Below are positions 61,070 through 64,000 of a stretch of DNA of 64,000 bases, one piece after another. Position 1 is the first letter of the stretch. Each line of letters opens with the position of its first letter. Made by a program: the position numbers and the translations under genes. The stretch comes from an uncultured Gemmatimonadaceae bacterium (lineage in GTDB: Bacteria > Gemmatimonadota > Gemmatimonadetes > Gemmatimonadales > Gemmatimonadaceae), in contig CAVUDW010000002.1 of the NCBI GenBank assembly GCA_963740355.1, positions 1,280,001-1,344,000 of the forward strand. Reading direction: 5' to 3'. Under the pieces are notes generated by a model. It was not told the origin of the DNA and searched no databases. It was given only the letters and a program-made list of their open reading frames with translations.

Positions 61070-63400
61070 ATGCCACGCGCATACTTTTCGCGTGCCCCGC
61101 GACTGATCGCGATCGTCGCTGCAGCAGTGGGCATCGCGGCGTGTGGCGAGACGGCGTCAACGCCGAAGGGCGTCGCGATCCCGAGTGGCACGCAGCGCAT
61201 GGCCGATACGCTGGCCGCGTTGTATGCGAGGTCGCTGCTCCATCCGGAAACGAATCCATTCCTCAATCGCGCGCGCGTTGACGCGATCGCAAAGGAACTG
61301 GCGGGCCAGACGGGCGACGGTGCGATGGACGCCCGCTTTCGGCTCGCCGAGGAACAGCTGAAGACCGGTCGGACACAGGATGCCATCGACGGGCTCGAAT
61401 CGCTGATCCGCGATGCGAAGATCTCGTGGGATAGCATCCTTCCGCACCAGAAGCCGTTCTTCGACCTGCTGTCGGTGGCCTACATGCGGCTTGGTGAGCA
61501 GCAGAACTGTCTCGCCAATCCTGCGGCCAACATCTGCATCCTCCCACTCGCCGGTGGCGCGCGGCATACGAAGCAGGTGGGCGCTCGCGCGGCAATCGAG
61601 CGGTATACGAAGATCCTGCGACAGTATCCCGATGATCGTGGATCACAGTGGCTGCTGAACCTCGCGTACCTGCAGATCGGCCATTACCCCGACAGCGTGC
61701 CCGCGAAGTATCTCATCAGCAAGCTCGTTCCCAAACGCGGGCCGAACGACTTTCCGGAGTTCCACAACATCGCCGGGCCGGTTGGCCTGGCGGTGACCGG
61801 GCTCGCAGGCGGCGTGGACATCGACGACTTCAACGGTGATGGCCTGCTGGATGTCTTCACGACCGCGTGGGGCCTCAACGACCCAGTGCATGTCTTTCTC
61901 GCGGACGGTCGCGGCGGATTCCTCGATCACACCGCAGCGGCTGGGGTGCAGGGGATCGTCGGTGGGCTCAACTCGACACACGCCGATTACGACAACGACG
62001 GTGACGTGGACATCCTCATCATGCGTGGCGCGTGGATGCGGGAGAATGGGCCGTTTCCGCTGTCGCTGCTGCGCAATCGTGGGGATGGCTCGTTCGACGA
62101 CGTGACCTTCGATTCCGGTCTCGGTTCGTTCGGCCCGACGAACACGGCCAGCTGGGCAGACTTCAATCTCGATGGGTATCTCGATCTCTTCGTCGGCTAC
62201 GAGTCGTACTCGAAGATCAACGGTGGGCCATCACATCGCTCGAAGCTCTTCCTCAACAACCGGAACGGCACCTTCACCGAGGTCTCGGCGAAGGTCGGCA
62301 TCGATGTCGATGATTTCGTGAAGGGTGCCACGTGGGGCGACGTCAATGACGACGGCCTGCCTGACCTCTACCTGACGGTCATCTACGGCCGCAACAAGCT
62401 GTTCATCAACAAGGGTGGGGCGTCGATCGACGCGTGGCGGTTCGAGGAGCAGGGGGAGAAGGCCGGAGTGCAGCTGCCGATTGCGGCCTTCCCGACCTGG
62501 TTCTTCGACTTCGACAATGATGGACATCCGGACCTGTTCGTCCCCAGTTACGACGTGAACGCCGCGATGCACGAGTTCGTGGCGCGCGAGTACCTCGGGC
62601 TGCCGCTCTCGGTGAAGATCGGCGGCGTCGATGTCACCTTCGAGGATGCGAAGCTCTATCGCAACAAGGGTGATGGCACCTTCGAGGATGCGACGACCCG
62701 AATGGGGCTCGATCGCAAGGTCATCTACGCGATGGGCAGCAATTTCGGCGACATCGACAACGATGGCTGGCTCGACTTCTACATCGGCACCGGCAATCCC
62801 GACCTGCGGTCGGTGATCCCGAACCGCATGTTCCGCAATGTCGATGGCAAGCGCTTCGAGGAGATCACGCTCTCGGGCGGGTTCGGCCATCTGCAGAAAG
62901 GGCATGCGGTGGCCTTTGCCGACCTCGATCGCGATGGCGACGAGGATGTCTTCGAGGTGATCGGCGGGGCGTACGATGGCGATCTGGCGACGACCGTACT
63001 GTTCGAGAATCCCGGGTGGCCGAAGACGCAGTGGCTCAACCTGAAGCTCGAAGGGACCACCGCCAATCGGTCGGCGATTGGGGCTCGGGTCGAGATCGTC
63101 GTGACTGATGGCACGGGCACTGCGCGCAGCATCCATCGCACGGTCGGCACTGGCGGATCGTTCGGCGCGGGACCGCTGGAACTGCACGTCGGCCTGGGAG
63201 CGGCGACGAGTGTGAAGGAGGTGCGGATTCAGTGGCCCGACAAGGCACACTCACGCGCCTCGTTCACGAACCTGACGGCGAATCGGTACTACCGGATCGT
63301 GCAGGGCGCTCAGCCGACGACACTGACTCGACCGGCGGTCCCCTTCCGCACCACACCGTCGGGCACCGGGCCAATGATGACCATGCCGATGCCGAAGTAG
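61070..63400 (+). CDS. CRTAC1-like lipoprotein (helical N-terminus + FG-GAP repeats + ASPIC/UnbV)
   Basis: Lipobox IAAC, helical region with NC...IC, DFNGDG/DYDNDG repeats, NRSAIGARV, LHVGLG, IQWP. Confidence 0.88.
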   Translation: MPRAYFSRAPRLIAIVAAAVGIAACGETASTPKGVAIPSGTQRMADTLAALYARSLLHPETNPFLNRARVDAIAKELAGQTGDGAMDARFRLAEEQLKTGRTQDAIDGLESLIRDAKISWDSILPHQKPFFDLLSVAYMRLGEQQNCLANPAANICILPLAGGARHTKQVGARAAIERYTKILRQYPDDRGSQWLLNLAYLQIGHYPDSVPAKYLISKLVPKRGPNDFPEFHNIAGPVGLAVTGLAGGVDIDDFNGDGLLDVFTTAWGLNDPVHVFLADGRGGFLDHTAAAGVQGIVGGLNSTHADYDNDGDVDILIMRGAWMRENGPFPLSLLRNRGDGSFDDVTFDSGLGSFGPTNTASWADFNLDGYLDLFVGYESYSKINGGPSHRSKLFLNNRNGTFTEVSAKVGIDVDDFVKGATWGDVNDDGLPDLYLTVIYGRNKLFINKGGASIDAWRFEEQGEKAGVQLPIAAFPTWFFDFDNDGHPDLFVPSYDVNAAMHEFVAREYLGLPLSVKIGGVDVTFEDAKLYRNKGDGTFEDATTRMGLDRKVIYAMGSNFGDIDNDGWLDFYIGTGNPDLRSVIPNRMFRNVDGKRFEEITLSGGFGHLQKGHAVAFADLDRDGDEDVFEVIGGAYDGDLATTVLFENPGWPKTQWLNLKLEGTTANRSAIGARVEIVVTDGTGTARSIHRTVGTGGSFGAGPLELHVGLGAATSVKEVRIQWPDKAHSRASFTNLTANRYYRIVQGAQPTTLTRPAVPFRTTPSGTGPMMTMPMPK

Positions 63401-63426
63401 CTGCCTGAGTTGCTGTCTGAGAAGCT

Positions 63427-63464
63427 GCCACCCGCCTGCCGCTGCTCTGCGGCAGGCAGATGGC
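63427..63464. terminator. Hairpin between convergent genes closing the locus
   Basis: GCCTGCCGC-TGCTCT-GCGGCAGGC with an outer GCCA/TGGC pair. Confidence 0.55.
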
Positions 63465-63471
63465 CTGCAGG

Positions 63472-63966
63472 TCAATTCGCTGGCGCTGTCGGCAGTGCGT
63501 TGATGATCGTGTCGAGCCCCGGCCACGATTCCGACGCATAGCGGTGAATCGTCCGCAGATACCGCTCGCCCTCGTCACCGTGCGCTGCGATCGTTGCGGC
63601 GGCGCCCTTCTCGACTGCCAGCGCGTCGCAGTACGGCGGCTCGAGTTCTTCGTCGATGCGGCCATTCTCATGCTTCACGCCAGCCGCGTCGAGGAAGGTG
63701 GCCTGAATGGCCGGTTCCAGGTCGACGTAGAGCGTCTGCATCAGTCCCAACTCATCTTGAGCCGACTCGACCTTCAGGCGCACCACTTCCTGCGCCAGGC
63801 GTTCGGCAGGCCAGTTCTGGAAGCTCGCCGGGCGGAAGCCTCCGCCGCGGGAGACCAGCCGCTGGATGAAGATCGCGCGTGCGTCCTTCTGGGTCTTGAG
63901 TTCGTAGGTCACCAGCGCGACTCGGCGCTCGACCGGCAGGGTTCGGTACGGAGAAAGAGGAGGCAT
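63472..63966 (-). CDS. Hypothetical protein
   Basis: ORF with protein-like composition (GGGFRP, LYVDLEP..Q..FLDAAGV). Probable ATG at 63966. Confidence 0.7.
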   Translation of the reverse strand: MPPLSPYRTLPVERRVALVTYELKTQKDARAIFIQRLVSRGGGFRPASFQNWPAERLAQEVVRLKVESAQDELGLMQTLYVDLEPAIQATFLDAAGVKHENGRIDEELEPPYCDALAVEKGAAATIAAHGDEGERYLRTIHRYASESWPGLDTIINALPTAPAN

Positions 63967-64000
63967 AACTGACAAAATAACTGATCCCACTCGACCGCGC

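Overview
High-GC (about two-thirds G+C by eye), gene-dense bacterial chromosomal segment with about 43 supportable CDS. I see no rRNA, tRNA, CRISPR array or mobile element. The gene content (many lipoproteins, TonB-dependent receptors, Big_2 Ig-like proteins, SusC/SusD in a high-GC background) suggests a diderm such as Gemmatimonadota; this is inference only. The left part (1-37 kb) is mixed. It holds a serine hydrolase fragment, ggt, a Uma2 nuclease, three Ig-like surface proteins (one with 53 Pro-Thr repeats), a split Aer-like PAS + MCP pair and a PQQ dehydrogenase with an internal heme-c domain. It continues with an ABC/Gld-like module, a TBDR, a tricorn protease and a KirBac-type channel whose TVGYG filter is replaced by TSDTT. 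It ends with a CPA1 antiporter, an LLM oxidoreductase, an aminotransferase, a Rieske-FAD reductase, a probably leaderless TetR-cupin operon and a PlpD-like patatin. The right part (37.1-63.4 kb) is the most notable: a ~26 kb SusC/SusD alpha-glucan/trehalose utilisation locus. It carries a GH13 amylase, a GH37 trehalase, two (alpha/alpha)6 glycosidases, an MFS sugar porter and a P-loop kinase. Embedded in it are a vanadium-haloperoxidase/PAP2 lipoprotein, three FG-GAP/ASPIC-UnbV lipoproteins (one frameshifted) and a CxxC DUF3179 protein. All family calls are by motif recognition; no database search was run.
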